Shown here: piece by piece, positions 1 to 9,540 of the stretch
Layout of the letters: every line of letters begins with the position of its first letter
How positions within the stretch are numbered: the first letter of the stretch is position 1
Assembly (NCBI GenBank): GCA_037139335.1
Contig: JBAXGO010000002.1
Span: 851 to 64,850, forward strand
Source: a bacterium
Lineage (GTDB): Bacteria; Patescibacteriota; Dojkabacteria; JAOAGR01; JBAXGO01
Direction of reading: 5' to 3'
DNA length: 64,000 bases
The notes under the pieces: model-generated
The model's input: only the letters and a program-made list of their open reading frames with translations
Database searches by the model: none
Told to the model about the DNA's origin: nothing
Translations under genes and position numbers: made by a program

Positions 1-13
1 TTGAATAGTAATA

Positions 14-1006
14 ATGATAACACTAATCCACGGTTCTGATGTATATTTTTCATACCTTAAACTTAATAAGCTAAAACAAGAATATATTGACAAGGGTTAT
101 GAAGTGAAGATAATCAATGTTGATGATGAATTTGAAGTAAGTGATCCATCTAGCTTATTTGCAATATTATCAGAACAAGATTTATTCGCTACTAACAAAG
201 TACTTATTTTAAAAAGAATAGCATCTGCTGATTATTTTTATAAATTAGGAAAAGCATTAAAAGAGTCAACTAAACTTTTTGATGCTTTGAAATCAAGTCC
301 TCACGAAATCATTTTATGGGAAGACAAAATTATTACAACAGCCAATCCTCTTTCAAAATTATCTAAACATATAATACCATTCAATGCACCTTCAAAAGAT
401 TATGAAGTAATGGGTTATATTTTGAAAAATTTTCCAGACTTATCACAAGAAATAAAAACAATAATGTCAAAGTTTTCTAAAGCTATGTTTCCAAAAGATA
501 AGAAATTATTTTTTAATACATGGGAATTAGCCACTGAAATTGAAAAATTAAAGATTATGCCAAAACAATATATTAGCAACGATGTAATGGCTGTTCAACA
601 AAATCAATCTTTATGGATGCTTGGTGATTATATTACAGCATATTTATTAGATTCTAAAGATGATAATTTAAAGAAGTTATTTGCATTTATAGATAATTTG
701 GATGAGGAAGTTATTTTTAAATTAAACGCAATTCAGAATCATATTTCAGATATTATCGCTACGAAAAGATCTAAAAATGATAGTAGTGTAAAAGATGTAT
801 TTTTCAAACCAAACAGAAATTTTATATATTCTAATATTCTACGATACTGCGATAAAATTAATATGAATACATTATATGAACTTTATAAAAACAGCTTAAT
901 TGTTGAATATTATTTGAAAAACGGCTTAATCTCAGAGAAAGTAGCATTGATGAGTATATTCTTATACGATTCTAAATCAATGAGTTTGGAATTGCTCTCT
1001 GAGTAG
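14..1006 (+). CDS. holA: DNA polymerase III delta subunit (HolA-like), divergent
   Basis: N-terminal MITLIHGSD.YFS, 'QDLFATNKVLILK' (SLF-type motif), 330 aa, C-terminal 'EYYLKNG' typical of delta subunits. Confidence 0.7.
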   Translation: MITLIHGSDVYFSYLKLNKLKQEYIDKGYEVKIINVDDEFEVSDPSSLFAILSEQDLFATNKVLILKRIASADYFYKLGKALKESTKLFDALKSSPHEIILWEDKIITTANPLSKLSKHIIPFNAPSKDYEVMGYILKNFPDLSQEIKTIMSKFSKAMFPKDKKLFFNTWELATEIEKLKIMPKQYISNDVMAVQQNQSLWMLGDYITAYLLDSKDDNLKKLFAFIDNLDEEVIFKLNAIQNHISDIIATKRSKNDSSVKDVFFKPNRNFIYSNILRYCDKINMNTLYELYKNSLIVEYYLKNGLISEKVALMSIFLYDSKSMSLELLSE

Positions 1007-3329
1007 GTTGTTGAGATTCGATAAATTCTTCCTTCTTATCATGTGTTTCCTGAGGACGAGTACTACATAATTTATATTCTTGATCGCTAGCTTTAATTTC
1101 TATAGCTACATGGTTATTGTCGGCAAAGAAAAGCCCCATTCCGACACCCGCACCAAGAAGTAAACTTTTTTCTCCATCAGAAAGATAAAATACCTTTTGT
1201 AATTTATCAATTGCTGTAGGATGTTGTTTCAGAAGTACTTGAATAGAAGAATTTGTAACAACTGCAACACCAATATCTGACTGCAAAAAGTCTTCAACAT
1301 TTTGAGAAATTACAGTAAGTCCTAAATAATATTTTCTAGCTCTTTTGGCAATAGAGTTAATAAATAAAGCACTTTCTGGATATCTCATTAGAAGCCATGC
1401 TTCATCAACAATTAGTATTCTTTTTCGAGGCTCTCTTTTCACCTTATTCCATATGAAATCCATCATAAAGTACATCGCCAATGGTTTGAGCTCATCAGAA
1501 AGATCTCGGATACTAAATACGGTAAAGGGATTATTAAGATCTACATTAGTTTTCTTGTCAAAAATTCCAGATGCAGAACCTATGATAAATTTTTCTAATC
1601 TATCAGCAAGTCCCAAAGCTTCTGGCTCAATCATTGCTTTGAAAACTTTGTATAAATCCTCCATTCTAGGAGCCTCTAATTTATGTGTTGCAGGATTATT
1701 TGTAATTCCTTTCTCAAAATATGCCTGACGAATAGCTCTTTCTAATATCGCCATTTCTGAATTGGTCATTTGACCAAAAGCAAGTTTGAAAAATCCAATC
1801 AATGATAATTCTTTAAGTTTCAGCTCGTCCTCATTACTATCCATAATTCCAGATAATTCAAATGGATTTACTTTATTTGAACCATCTTGAGAAAATGAAA
1901 TAAAAGCTCCACCAATAGATCTAGCTAATCCTTGATACTCATTTTCAGGATCAATAACAATGACTTCTGTACCAAGCATCAAACTTCTAATAGCTTCAAG
2001 TTTAACCATAAAACTTTTACCAGCACCCGAAGTTGCAAATACAACCATATTTGCATTCGGCATTGCAAAACGATCAAAAATTACTAATGACCTGTTATAT
2101 GTATTGATACCATACATTATTCCTTTGTCCATTGATAAATCTGAAGATGTAAATGGAAAAGTATTAGCAATTGATGTAGTATCCATATTCCTTACTTTGA
2201 AAAGCTTATCTACACCAACAGGGATAGAGGATTGAAAAGCTTTTTCCATAGCAAGTGATGACGTTTTTGCTGATATTTCTTTAGATGCTAATATAGATAG
2301 AAGGGCTTGTGTCATATTATTTAATTCTTTGACACTATCTGCTTTCATAGTTATATACAAAGCAAAGTTAAACCATTTTTCTATTCCAGAAGCTAATAAT
2401 TCTTGTTGTCGTATAGCATCTTGAAGTGAAACTTTGATATAGGCATCAGGAACACGACCTCTTTCCAAATCTAAATTTAAACTTGCTTCAAATTCTGAAA
2501 TTTTTTGTCTTAATTTTTTAACAATTTCACCAGAATTAATTGGATAATAAAACATACTTATATCCAATGCTTCTTCGTAATTTACAATTTGCTCAAGCAT
2601 TCCTGGATTAGAGAATTTATAATCAATTGCGAAAATAGTTCGAATAAATTTATTTCCAATTCTCATTTCATTAAAATCGACTTCAATAGCTGATGGTGCA
2701 ATGAAATCTTGTACACTAATAGATCCTTCATCAACAATAGAAAAATCATCATCTTGACCTGTTGTTGAGTTATTTGTTTTAAATATTTTATCTCCTAAAC
2801 CAAATGGAATAACACCAGCTAAAATTTCTTTCATAACCGAGTTTTTTCCACCCGATGACTTATTAGATTTTGATTCCTCTGGTGTTGAAATTTTATTCAT
2901 AGGAACCATATGATTCCTATTCGTATATACTTTGTCTGGCATTTGATTCTGAGCTGGTAAGTTCTGAACCATTCTTGTATTTGAAGCCATACCCGGTCTA
3001 GGTATTTGATTATTTTGATTTTGAACAGGAGCTTGCTGAATTGGCCTCTGATATGTAGGCATGTTATTTGGCAAAGGCTGATTATATGTTTCTGAAGGTT
3101 GATTCGAATAAACATTTTGATTAACCTGATTCAATGGCGCATAATTTTGTTGCTGTGGAATATTTTGTCCTGAATTATATGCTGAAGAATTGTAAGTGCT
3201 TGGATCAGCTTGTTCAAAAGGTCCAGAAGAATTTGTATTTCTAGATCCAGGATTAAAAGCTCCTACTGGATTAGGTAAAACCGAAGACGGGTTATCGTTT
3301 TTATTTTTTGTTTTATCAAATAATCCCAT
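972..3329 (-). CDS. VirB4/TraE-family secretion ATPase with long low-complexity N-terminus
   Basis: Walker A ATSGAGKS, IDPENEY, Walker B IVDEAW, RARKYYLG, ISQNVEDF; typical CPR VirB4-like ATPase. Confidence 0.85.
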   Translation of the reverse strand: MGLFDKTKNKNDNPSSVLPNPVGAFNPGSRNTNSSGPFEQADPSTYNSSAYNSGQNIPQQQNYAPLNQVNQNVYSNQPSETYNQPLPNNMPTYQRPIQQAPVQNQNNQIPRPGMASNTRMVQNLPAQNQMPDKVYTNRNHMVPMNKISTPEESKSNKSSGGKNSVMKEILAGVIPFGLGDKIFKTNNSTTGQDDDFSIVDEGSISVQDFIAPSAIEVDFNEMRIGNKFIRTIFAIDYKFSNPGMLEQIVNYEEALDISMFYYPINSGEIVKKLRQKISEFEASLNLDLERGRVPDAYIKVSLQDAIRQQELLASGIEKWFNFALYITMKADSVKELNNMTQALLSILASKEISAKTSSLAMEKAFQSSIPVGVDKLFKVRNMDTTSIANTFPFTSSDLSMDKGIMYGINTYNRSLVIFDRFAMPNANMVVFATSGAGKSFMVKLEAIRSLMLGTEVIVIDPENEYQGLARSIGGAFISFSQDGSNKVNPFELSGIMDSNEDELKLKELSLIGFFKLAFGQMTNSEMAILERAIRQAYFEKGITNNPATHKLEAPRMEDLYKVFKAMIEPEALGLADRLEKFIIGSASGIFDKKTNVDLNNPFTVFSIRDLSDELKPLAMYFMMDFIWNKVKREPRKRILIVDEAWLLMRYPESALFINSIAKRARKYYLGLTVISQNVEDFLQSDIGVAVVTNSSIQVLLKQHPTAIDKLQKVFYLSDGEKSLLLGAGVGMGLFFADNNHVAIEIKASDQEYKLCSTRPQETHDKKEEFIESQQPTQRAIPNSLI

Positions 3330-3345
3330 CTGGCAGTAAATTAGT

Positions 3346-3843
3346 TTATTTCTTTGTAACCGAAACTATAATCTTTGCAGTCTTTATTATATTACCATTC
3401 ATTTCATATGCTGGCGAGAGAACAGTCAGTATTTTATTATCTTCACCATTTTCTTGAGTAGCTACAACTTCAGCTAGGTTAGGATCATAATTCTCCCCAA
3501 TTTTTAATTCAACACGTCGAACTCCTTCTGTTGCTATTAAAATATCTAACTGCTGAAGAATATTATTTAGAATTTGAACATGTTCATCTTCTCCTTCATG
3601 ATTTTCAATAACTACATTATAAGTATCAATAATATTTATAATTTTTAATATTATCGATATCTTACCTTTTTGTTTATCCAAATCAACATTTCTTCTAACA
3701 TTCACCAACTCTGCTAATACTCTAATATATGAATCTTGAATTTTGTTATATTCTTCTTCAGTATATGTTTTTTCTTCTTTTTGCAAAACTTCTTCAGAGC
3801 CTTCAATATTTTCAATATCTATATTTTGTTTATCATCCGACAT
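3346..3843 (-). CDS. grpE: Nucleotide exchange factor GrpE
   Basis: RVLAELVNVRR coiled coil, GENYDPNLAEVV, AYEMNGNIIKTAKIIVS. Confidence 0.85.
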   Translation of the reverse strand: MSDDKQNIDIENIEGSEEVLQKEEKTYTEEEYNKIQDSYIRVLAELVNVRRNVDLDKQKGKISIILKIINIIDTYNVVIENHEGEDEHVQILNNILQQLDILIATEGVRRVELKIGENYDPNLAEVVATQENGEDNKILTVLSPAYEMNGNIIKTAKIIVSVTKK

Positions 3844-3847
3844 AATA

Positions 3848-3961
3848 TCAAGCTAATATTAATAAAATAATTGTTGTTGATACGACAACTCCAAGGAAAA
3901 CAAAGGCTAGTGGTAATACAACATCAACTTGTTCGTCCTGAATTTTCAACTTAACAGGCAT
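3848..3961 (-). CDS. 37-aa single-TM small protein (below the ORF-track cutoff)
   Basis: Manual translation MPVKLKIQDEQVDVVLPLAFVFLGVVVSTTIILLILA*; fills the gap between co-oriented genes with 4 and 11 nt spacers. Confidence 0.55.
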   Translation of the reverse strand: MPVKLKIQDEQVDVVLPLAFVFLGVVVSTTIILLILA

Positions 3962-3972
3962 ACTAATTTTTT

Positions 3973-4164
3973 TCATTGCGCTTTCTTATTTTTATATATA
4001 TTCGAAATATAATCGATATCAAAAGTTTTTTCAATCGCTGTAATATTTTCATTGACATCATCAGGAATATGAGAACTTGTTACTTCTCTCCATATTGAAA
4101 AAAATACCCAAGATATTATAGTAATAAGCGTTAGGATTGTAAACATTAGTACAGACTTAGACAT
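3973..4164 (-). CDS. Small membrane-anchored protein downstream of pilO-like gene
   Basis: N-terminal TM helix; overlaps the upstream gene by 8 nt. Confidence 0.6.
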   Translation of the reverse strand: MSKSVLMFTILTLITIISWVFFSIWREVTSSHIPDDVNENITAIEKTFDIDYISNIYKNKKAQ

Positions 4165-4906
4165 AATTATAGGCTAAGAAATTAATTGTTGCTGTGAATT
4201 GCGATGCTTCTTGAGCTTGGACATTCATTTGAGATGGAGATATTATAGAAATCCTCTCTATCGTATATAAATGACTCGAACTAGATATAGATTTAATTAG
4301 TTTTATTATATTATCGTGAGTTATAGATTTTACTATTATCTGATATGAAGAAGCCTTTGATTTCCCAGATTTTGGCTCTCCTGGTGTATTTTGAACCCCC
4401 AAAAATTTTAGAACTTCTACTTGTGTAGATGTTTTATTAGAAAATGAAATTATATCTCGATAAACGACTTCTTCATTTAAAGAATCAGGAAAATACTTAT
4501 TAATAAAAAAATCTACATATTCATTTGCTCCTCCAGCTGAGATCGGATTTTCAACTGTATATTTTAGATTATTTAAATTTGACAGCTTTTCATCTTGTTT
4601 TTCCTTAACAACCTTATAATCTTCAATTTTTTTAGCAATCTGAGTTATAGATGTTACCGTAGGCAAAATTGCAAAAAAAATAAGAATTGCTATAAAAGCA
4701 AATGTTAATGTCATCAAAGTATATGTTTTACCTGCTTTACTGCCCGATATTAGAGAATAAGCAGCTTTGAAAGGATTGCCTTTTAGAAATCGTTTCGTAG
4801 AAAAAGTAGACTCCTGTTTAACAGTTTGTTCTGTCAAATTTGAATCATTTGCAATTTCTTCTTTATTTTCTTTAATTATTTTTTCTTTTTTCGCCTTATC
4901 ATCCAT
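4157..4906 (-). CDS. PilO-like type IV pilus alignment protein
   Basis: TM helix (FFAILPT), coiled coil, C-terminal beta/alpha domain; follows a PilN-like gene. Confidence 0.55.
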   Translation of the reverse strand: MDDKAKKEKIIKENKEEIANDSNLTEQTVKQESTFSTKRFLKGNPFKAAYSLISGSKAGKTYTLMTLTFAFIAILIFFAILPTVTSITQIAKKIEDYKVVKEKQDEKLSNLNNLKYTVENPISAGGANEYVDFFINKYFPDSLNEEVVYRDIISFSNKTSTQVEVLKFLGVQNTPGEPKSGKSKASSYQIIVKSITHDNIIKLIKSISSSSHLYTIERISIISPSQMNVQAQEASQFTATINFLAYNYV

Positions 4907-5502
4907 TATTTTCTAGTAATTTTAAAAGTAAAATCAGAAAGACCATCAGATGCAGTACTTACCGTTTGCTCTAAAATTGAGATACCACTAGAATTTGGTG
5001 TACTAGCTAATATATTTTTACTCAAAGAACTTTTATATTCAATTAAAGCATCACTAGTTCCACGTCCATTAATATTTATAGCTTCAGTTTTAATCAAAGG
5101 CTGATCTGTAGAACTTAAAAGACTGTAGCTTACTGCAGAAACGATAACATTTTTAGGAGCTAGACTAAAGAATTTTGACATTTCGCCCATAAGGACACCA
5201 GAATACGTTGAATCTAAATTTTTTGAAATTTGAATTTTGGAAAATATACCTAAGTATATTTTTTCTTCGCTACTTTTACTTTTAATAATAAGATTTCTAT
5301 CATTAATTTTTTCTGTTAAATCATTTAAATTTTGATCTAGAAAAAATCTAGCTACAAAAGCTGACAAAACGACCATTTCTACACCGATAACAATATAACG
5401 CCCAACAGACACAATCCATTTATATAATTTATCTACAAATGGTTCTTCTGCGTTATACGTATAAAATAAGTTAAAAGTTTTATATGGCAGTTTAGTTTTC
5501 AT
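4906..5502 (-). CDS. PilN-like type IV pilus alignment protein
   Basis: 'KWIVSVGRYIVIGVEMVVLSAFVARFFLDQNLNDL' TM plus coiled coil; 'PKNVIVSAVSY...ININGRG' PilN-like core. Confidence 0.6.
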   Translation of the reverse strand: MKTKLPYKTFNLFYTYNAEEPFVDKLYKWIVSVGRYIVIGVEMVVLSAFVARFFLDQNLNDLTEKINDRNLIIKSKSSEEKIYLGIFSKIQISKNLDSTYSGVLMGEMSKFFSLAPKNVIVSAVSYSLLSSTDQPLIKTEAININGRGTSDALIEYKSSLSKNILASTPNSSGISILEQTVSTASDGLSDFTFKITRK

Positions 5503-5658
5503 ACATATTTATAACATCAAAGTATGGTGATATTCAATGTTAAAATTTTTAAAATAGTTTGAATAAACTCAGACTACCATAGGGAGATTGTCGATATAGT
5601 GTTTATATAAGGCTTTTATGGTAAAATTGTCGTTGATGTAATTTTTTATACTAAATAT

Positions 5659-6023
5659 ATGGCTAAGAGAATAAGAGAACTAGGGGCGAAGCATCTACGA
5701 CAAAAGATTTGAAGAACAAAGAATTAAATTCGTATGTAACAAAAAGAGCACTAGCACATTTAGTAATTATACCTACAGTTGTATATAACGCCTATGGTTG
5801 TATATCCCCGTTTGGCGAAAAACTATATAATACTATTTTTTATAAATGGGCATCAGAACCTGAAACATAAATGACATATTCAGCAGTAGGCTTAGTTTTT
5901 TCACTAGGTGCTTTTTGCCTAAGTTTTGCACACCTTGATTCAAGATTTCATCGTTCATATCGTAATCATTTAAATGATACTATAGAATCAACATCTGCTA
6001 AAAGATCAAGCCTAAAAGAATGA
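5659..6023 (+). pseudogene. Degraded gene for a small membrane protein (one frameshift, one in-frame stop)
   Basis: MAKRIRELG, shift in GGGG run, then EASTTKDLKNKELNSYVTKRALAHLVIIPTVVYNAYG...EPET* and in-frame MTYSAVGLVFSLGAFCLSFAH...KE*. Confidence 0.4.
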
Positions 6024-6111
6024 AATTATCTTTTAACATCTTTTAATTCTACGATATATAACTTTTTGACATTCATGATAGAATACGGAATATTAAATTT
6101 GAAGATCTGAT

Positions 6112-7602
6112 ATGTCGTCTACTAAATATATTCCTATAATAGGACTTGAAATTCACGTTCAGTTATCTACCGATACAAAACTTTTCTGCGGTTGTCCACG
6201 AAAAATATCTCAAGATATTTATGGTACTGATGCAGCAGCGAACACCGCTATTTGCCCTATTTGTATGGGTTATCCTGGAGCTATGCCAAATTTGAACGAA
6301 AAAGCTGTAGAAAAAGCTGTAAAAATTGGATTAGGACTTGGTTGTTCAATAAGTAAATTCTCCGTATGGGATAGAAAAAATTATATTTATCCAGATCTTT
6401 TTACTGGTTACCAGATTTCCCAACTTGATAATCCTATCAATTACACAGGAAAAATAGAATTATCAAATGGAAAAGTAATACGAGTGAATAGAGCTCATTT
6501 GGAAAATGATGCCGCGAAATCACAACATAGCGGTGATTCAACCATGCTTGATGGCAATAAATCAGGTTCACCATTAGTTGAGATAGTATCGGAGCCAGAT
6601 TTACGCTCTGCCGATGAAGCCAAAGAATATGCTGAAAAAATTAGAGAGATTGTAAGATGGGTTGATGCGACAGATGCTGATATGTATAGAGGTGAAATGA
6701 GATTTGATATCAATATTAGTCTTTGTGTGGAAGGAGATCCAGACAATGATTTCAAAAATATTAAACATACACCCATAGTAGAAGTAAAAAATAGGAATTC
6801 TTTCAAAGAGCTTTATGATGTAATTAATTACGAAATAAAAAGGCAAACAGAAGAATACGAGAAGAATGGAAAAATTTATAACAAAGGTAATAAAGTAACT
6901 ATGGGATGGAATGAGGCAAAGGGAGCCACTTTTTTACAAAGAGAAAAAGAAGAATCTGATGATTACAGATATTTCCATGAACCAGATGTTCCACCTGTAA
7001 TTGTTTCTGATGAATGGTTAAATAAGATAAAAAATTCAATGCCACAGCCTATGAGCGAAGTTATTGAGTCATTAGTTGAAAAATATTCTGTAGATAGGAG
7101 AACAGCCTCATATTTAGTTAGTGATCGAGATAAATATAAATTATTTGTAAAATGCTCGGAACTAGATCCTAAATATGCAAAAAACTATATTAACTGGATT
7201 GCTAGCGAATTAGCTGGAATATTATCAGCTCTAGAAAAAGATTTAACAAATGTAAATATAGAAGCTAAGACTTTGGTAGACCTAGTTTCATTAGTTACTG
7301 AAGGAAAAATAAGTCAGGCTGTAGGGAAAGAATTATTAAAAGAATTCATAGAGAAAAACATCAATCCAGATGTGTTGAAATTAATTGAAGAAAGAAGCTT
7401 GGGAAAAGTATCAGATACTGGATTTATAGAAGAAATTGTGAAAAAAGCAATCGAAGCAAATCCCAAAGCTGTAGAAGACATAAAAAAAGGTAAAGAAAAC
7501 GCAAAAATGTCAATAATAGGCTATGTAATGAGAGAGAGCAAAGGGAAAGCCGATGTAAATGTTGTAAAAGAAATTCTGGATAAAAATATTGAATTGCTAT
7601 AA
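6112..7602 (+). CDS. gatB: Asp-tRNA(Asn)/Glu-tRNA(Gln) amidotransferase subunit B
   Basis: IGLEIHVQL..TKLFCGC, PGAMP, DRKNYIYPDL, EIVSEPD, REKEESDDYRYFHEPD. Confidence 0.97.
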   Translation: MSSTKYIPIIGLEIHVQLSTDTKLFCGCPRKISQDIYGTDAAANTAICPICMGYPGAMPNLNEKAVEKAVKIGLGLGCSISKFSVWDRKNYIYPDLFTGYQISQLDNPINYTGKIELSNGKVIRVNRAHLENDAAKSQHSGDSTMLDGNKSGSPLVEIVSEPDLRSADEAKEYAEKIREIVRWVDATDADMYRGEMRFDINISLCVEGDPDNDFKNIKHTPIVEVKNRNSFKELYDVINYEIKRQTEEYEKNGKIYNKGNKVTMGWNEAKGATFLQREKEESDDYRYFHEPDVPPVIVSDEWLNKIKNSMPQPMSEVIESLVEKYSVDRRTASYLVSDRDKYKLFVKCSELDPKYAKNYINWIASELAGILSALEKDLTNVNIEAKTLVDLVSLVTEGKISQAVGKELLKEFIEKNINPDVLKLIEERSLGKVSDTGFIEEIVKKAIEANPKAVEDIKKGKENAKMSIIGYVMRESKGKADVNVVKEILDKNIELL

Positions 7603-7607
7603 TTTTT

Positions 7608-7650
7608 AGACTCTAATTTAATAAAGAAGTTAGATTAGAGTCTTTACTTT
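7608..7650 (+). terminator. Hairpin after gatB, probably a bidirectional terminator
   Basis: agactctaattta-N10-tagattagagtct followed by T-rich sequence. Confidence 0.55.
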
Positions 7651-7744
7651 CTTTCGAAACTCCACTTATTTTAGGTATTAATATTTCAATAAAGGTATCG
7701 CATCTATAACGATAAAAATAATAATCCGAAATTGTTGGCGGTAT

Positions 7745-8185
7745 TTATTTGAAATCTTTGTTCCAAATTTTTTTCATATCCAAATTATACAGTTCACATA
7801 AGTACTCTAAAGTTAATTCCAAATCATCTATAAAGTCATCCGATGCGTTTATGTTTTTTAAAAATTCATTTATTTTCCATTTATCTACTATTTTTGTAAG
7901 TTCCTCAGGATTAGACCTCAATTTGATTTCACTAAAATATTTAGATTCATCTCCAACAAAGTAAGAGACGGGTTTCTTCAGTATTTCCGCATATTTTCGC
8001 AAAGTGTTATGTTTGATTTTATTTCGTCCCATTTCGAATTGCGTAACATTACCTCTCGTTACTCCGAGTTTTTTAGCTACTTGCTCTTGAGTTAACTTCA
8101 ATTCGAGCCTTCTTTTCCTAATTTTTCGAGCCACCTCGATATCAATAGGTTTCATATTATATTTTTTTATGTGATGTTCAAGCAT
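7745..8185 (-). CDS. XRE-family HTH transcriptional regulator
   Basis: KIRKRRLELKLTQEQVAKKLGVTRGNVTQFEMGR HTH_3 pattern. Confidence 0.9.
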   Translation of the reverse strand: MLEHHIKKYNMKPIDIEVARKIRKRRLELKLTQEQVAKKLGVTRGNVTQFEMGRNKIKHNTLRKYAEILKKPVSYFVGDESKYFSEIKLRSNPEELTKIVDKWKINEFLKNINASDDFIDDLELTLEYLCELYNLDMKKIWNKDFK

Positions 8186-8267
8186 AGAATTACGACTACT
8201 TCTTATTATACATCGAACAGAGAATATAAGTTAAATGATATACTCAAACAATTAATTTTTCATATAA

Positions 8268-8918
8268 ATGTCAGGTAACGAAAATAATATTGAACTCGAA
8301 TTACGTAGTGAAGTTAACGATATAGAGCTAATATTGTCAAAGTTGAATAGCTTTGGAAAATTAATATCACAAACCAATAGATTAGCCGTAATGAATTTCG
8401 GACAAATTAATAATATGGATTTCGACATTAGAATCAGAATAACCAATGGAGAAAGCGAAGTTGTGATAAAGAAAGGAGATTTCCATTCTCATAACAGAGA
8501 AGAAATATCTCAAAGAATTTGCATAGAGGAGTTTATCGGTTTTGTAAAAATTTTTGCTAGCATGGATTTCCATATAAAAGTTGGTGAAAGAATAAGTTAT
8601 AACTATGATTTAGGAAATAATATTATTGCAACATTAGTAAAAGCAGGAGATACATCATACATTGAGATCGAAAAAATGACCAATAAACAAGAAGAACAAG
8701 CTGTAAGGAAAGAATTGGATATAATTTTAAATATATTAGAATTAAGACCTATAGAGAGTAGGGAAAAATTTGATAAATTATGCAACAAAATAAATAATGG
8801 TCCTTCAGACTGGAGGTTTAATGGAAAAGAAGAGGATTACGAAAAATTAAAGTCTCTATTAAGCAATTATGTGCTATTATATAAGCTACAGGATAATGTC
8901 TTAGCATCACAAAAATGA
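8268..8918 (+). CDS. CYTH/triphosphate tunnel metalloenzyme (class IV adenylate cyclase-like)
   Basis: N-terminal ExExR (ELELR), DIRIR, IKKG, REEI, ERISY, YIEIE motifs. Confidence 0.75.
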   Translation: MSGNENNIELELRSEVNDIELILSKLNSFGKLISQTNRLAVMNFGQINNMDFDIRIRITNGESEVVIKKGDFHSHNREEISQRICIEEFIGFVKIFASMDFHIKVGERISYNYDLGNNIIATLVKAGDTSYIEIEKMTNKQEEQAVRKELDIILNILELRPIESREKFDKLCNKINNGPSDWRFNGKEEDYEKLKSLLSNYVLLYKLQDNVLASQK

Positions 8919-9538
8919 CAATAAATACGTACAAATCAAAAGTATTACCAATTTTTGCATTTTTTATAGCAATATCAGGAATTGGTGCATACTTTTCACA
9001 ATTTTTATCTCCTAACACTCAACGTATAGCATTAATATCTTGGATATTCATTGTTGTTTTATCACTCATTGTTAGAGTCTTTTTAAAAAAGTTATCAGGA
9101 ATAATTTGTACAGTTTTAGTAGTTTTGACTGGAATCATCCTAGGTCCTGGTATAAACTATATTGCAAATACTTTAGGCGGAGAAATGCTAATAGCTCAGG
9201 CATTGGGAATAACTGCTTTGGCATTCATAGTACTATCAGTCGTAGCTATAAGATCTGGGGATCAATACTTAAGCTGGGGAAAATATTTATTCTTTTCATT
9301 AATTATCGCGATCCTTGCCTCTATTGTTAATGTATTTATTCTTTCCAATATGCTTCAGGCTATAATAAGTACAGTAATTCTGGTAATATTCCTTGGCTTC
9401 GTTTTGTATGATACACAGAATATATTGAAAAATTATTCTGATGACGATTATTTTAATGCGGCTACGACGTTATATTTTGACTTTGTAAATATATTTATAT
9501 ATGTGTTGGATTTTTTAGATAGTATAAGAGGAAGATAA
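8915..9538 (+). CDS. Bax inhibitor-1/YccA (TMBIM) family membrane protein
   Basis: About 7 TM helices, FVLYDTQNI and AATTLYFDFVNIF di-aspartyl motifs. Confidence 0.88.
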   Translation: MTINTYKSKVLPIFAFFIAISGIGAYFSQFLSPNTQRIALISWIFIVVLSLIVRVFLKKLSGIICTVLVVLTGIILGPGINYIANTLGGEMLIAQALGITALAFIVLSVVAIRSGDQYLSWGKYLFFSLIIAILASIVNVFILSNMLQAIISTVILVIFLGFVLYDTQNILKNYSDDDYFNAATTLYFDFVNIFIYVLDFLDSIRGR

Positions 9539-9540
9539 TT

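Noticed and set aside
972-3329. Integrative conjugative element
   Set aside because: No integrase, relaxase, coupling protein or att sites; flanked by housekeeping genes
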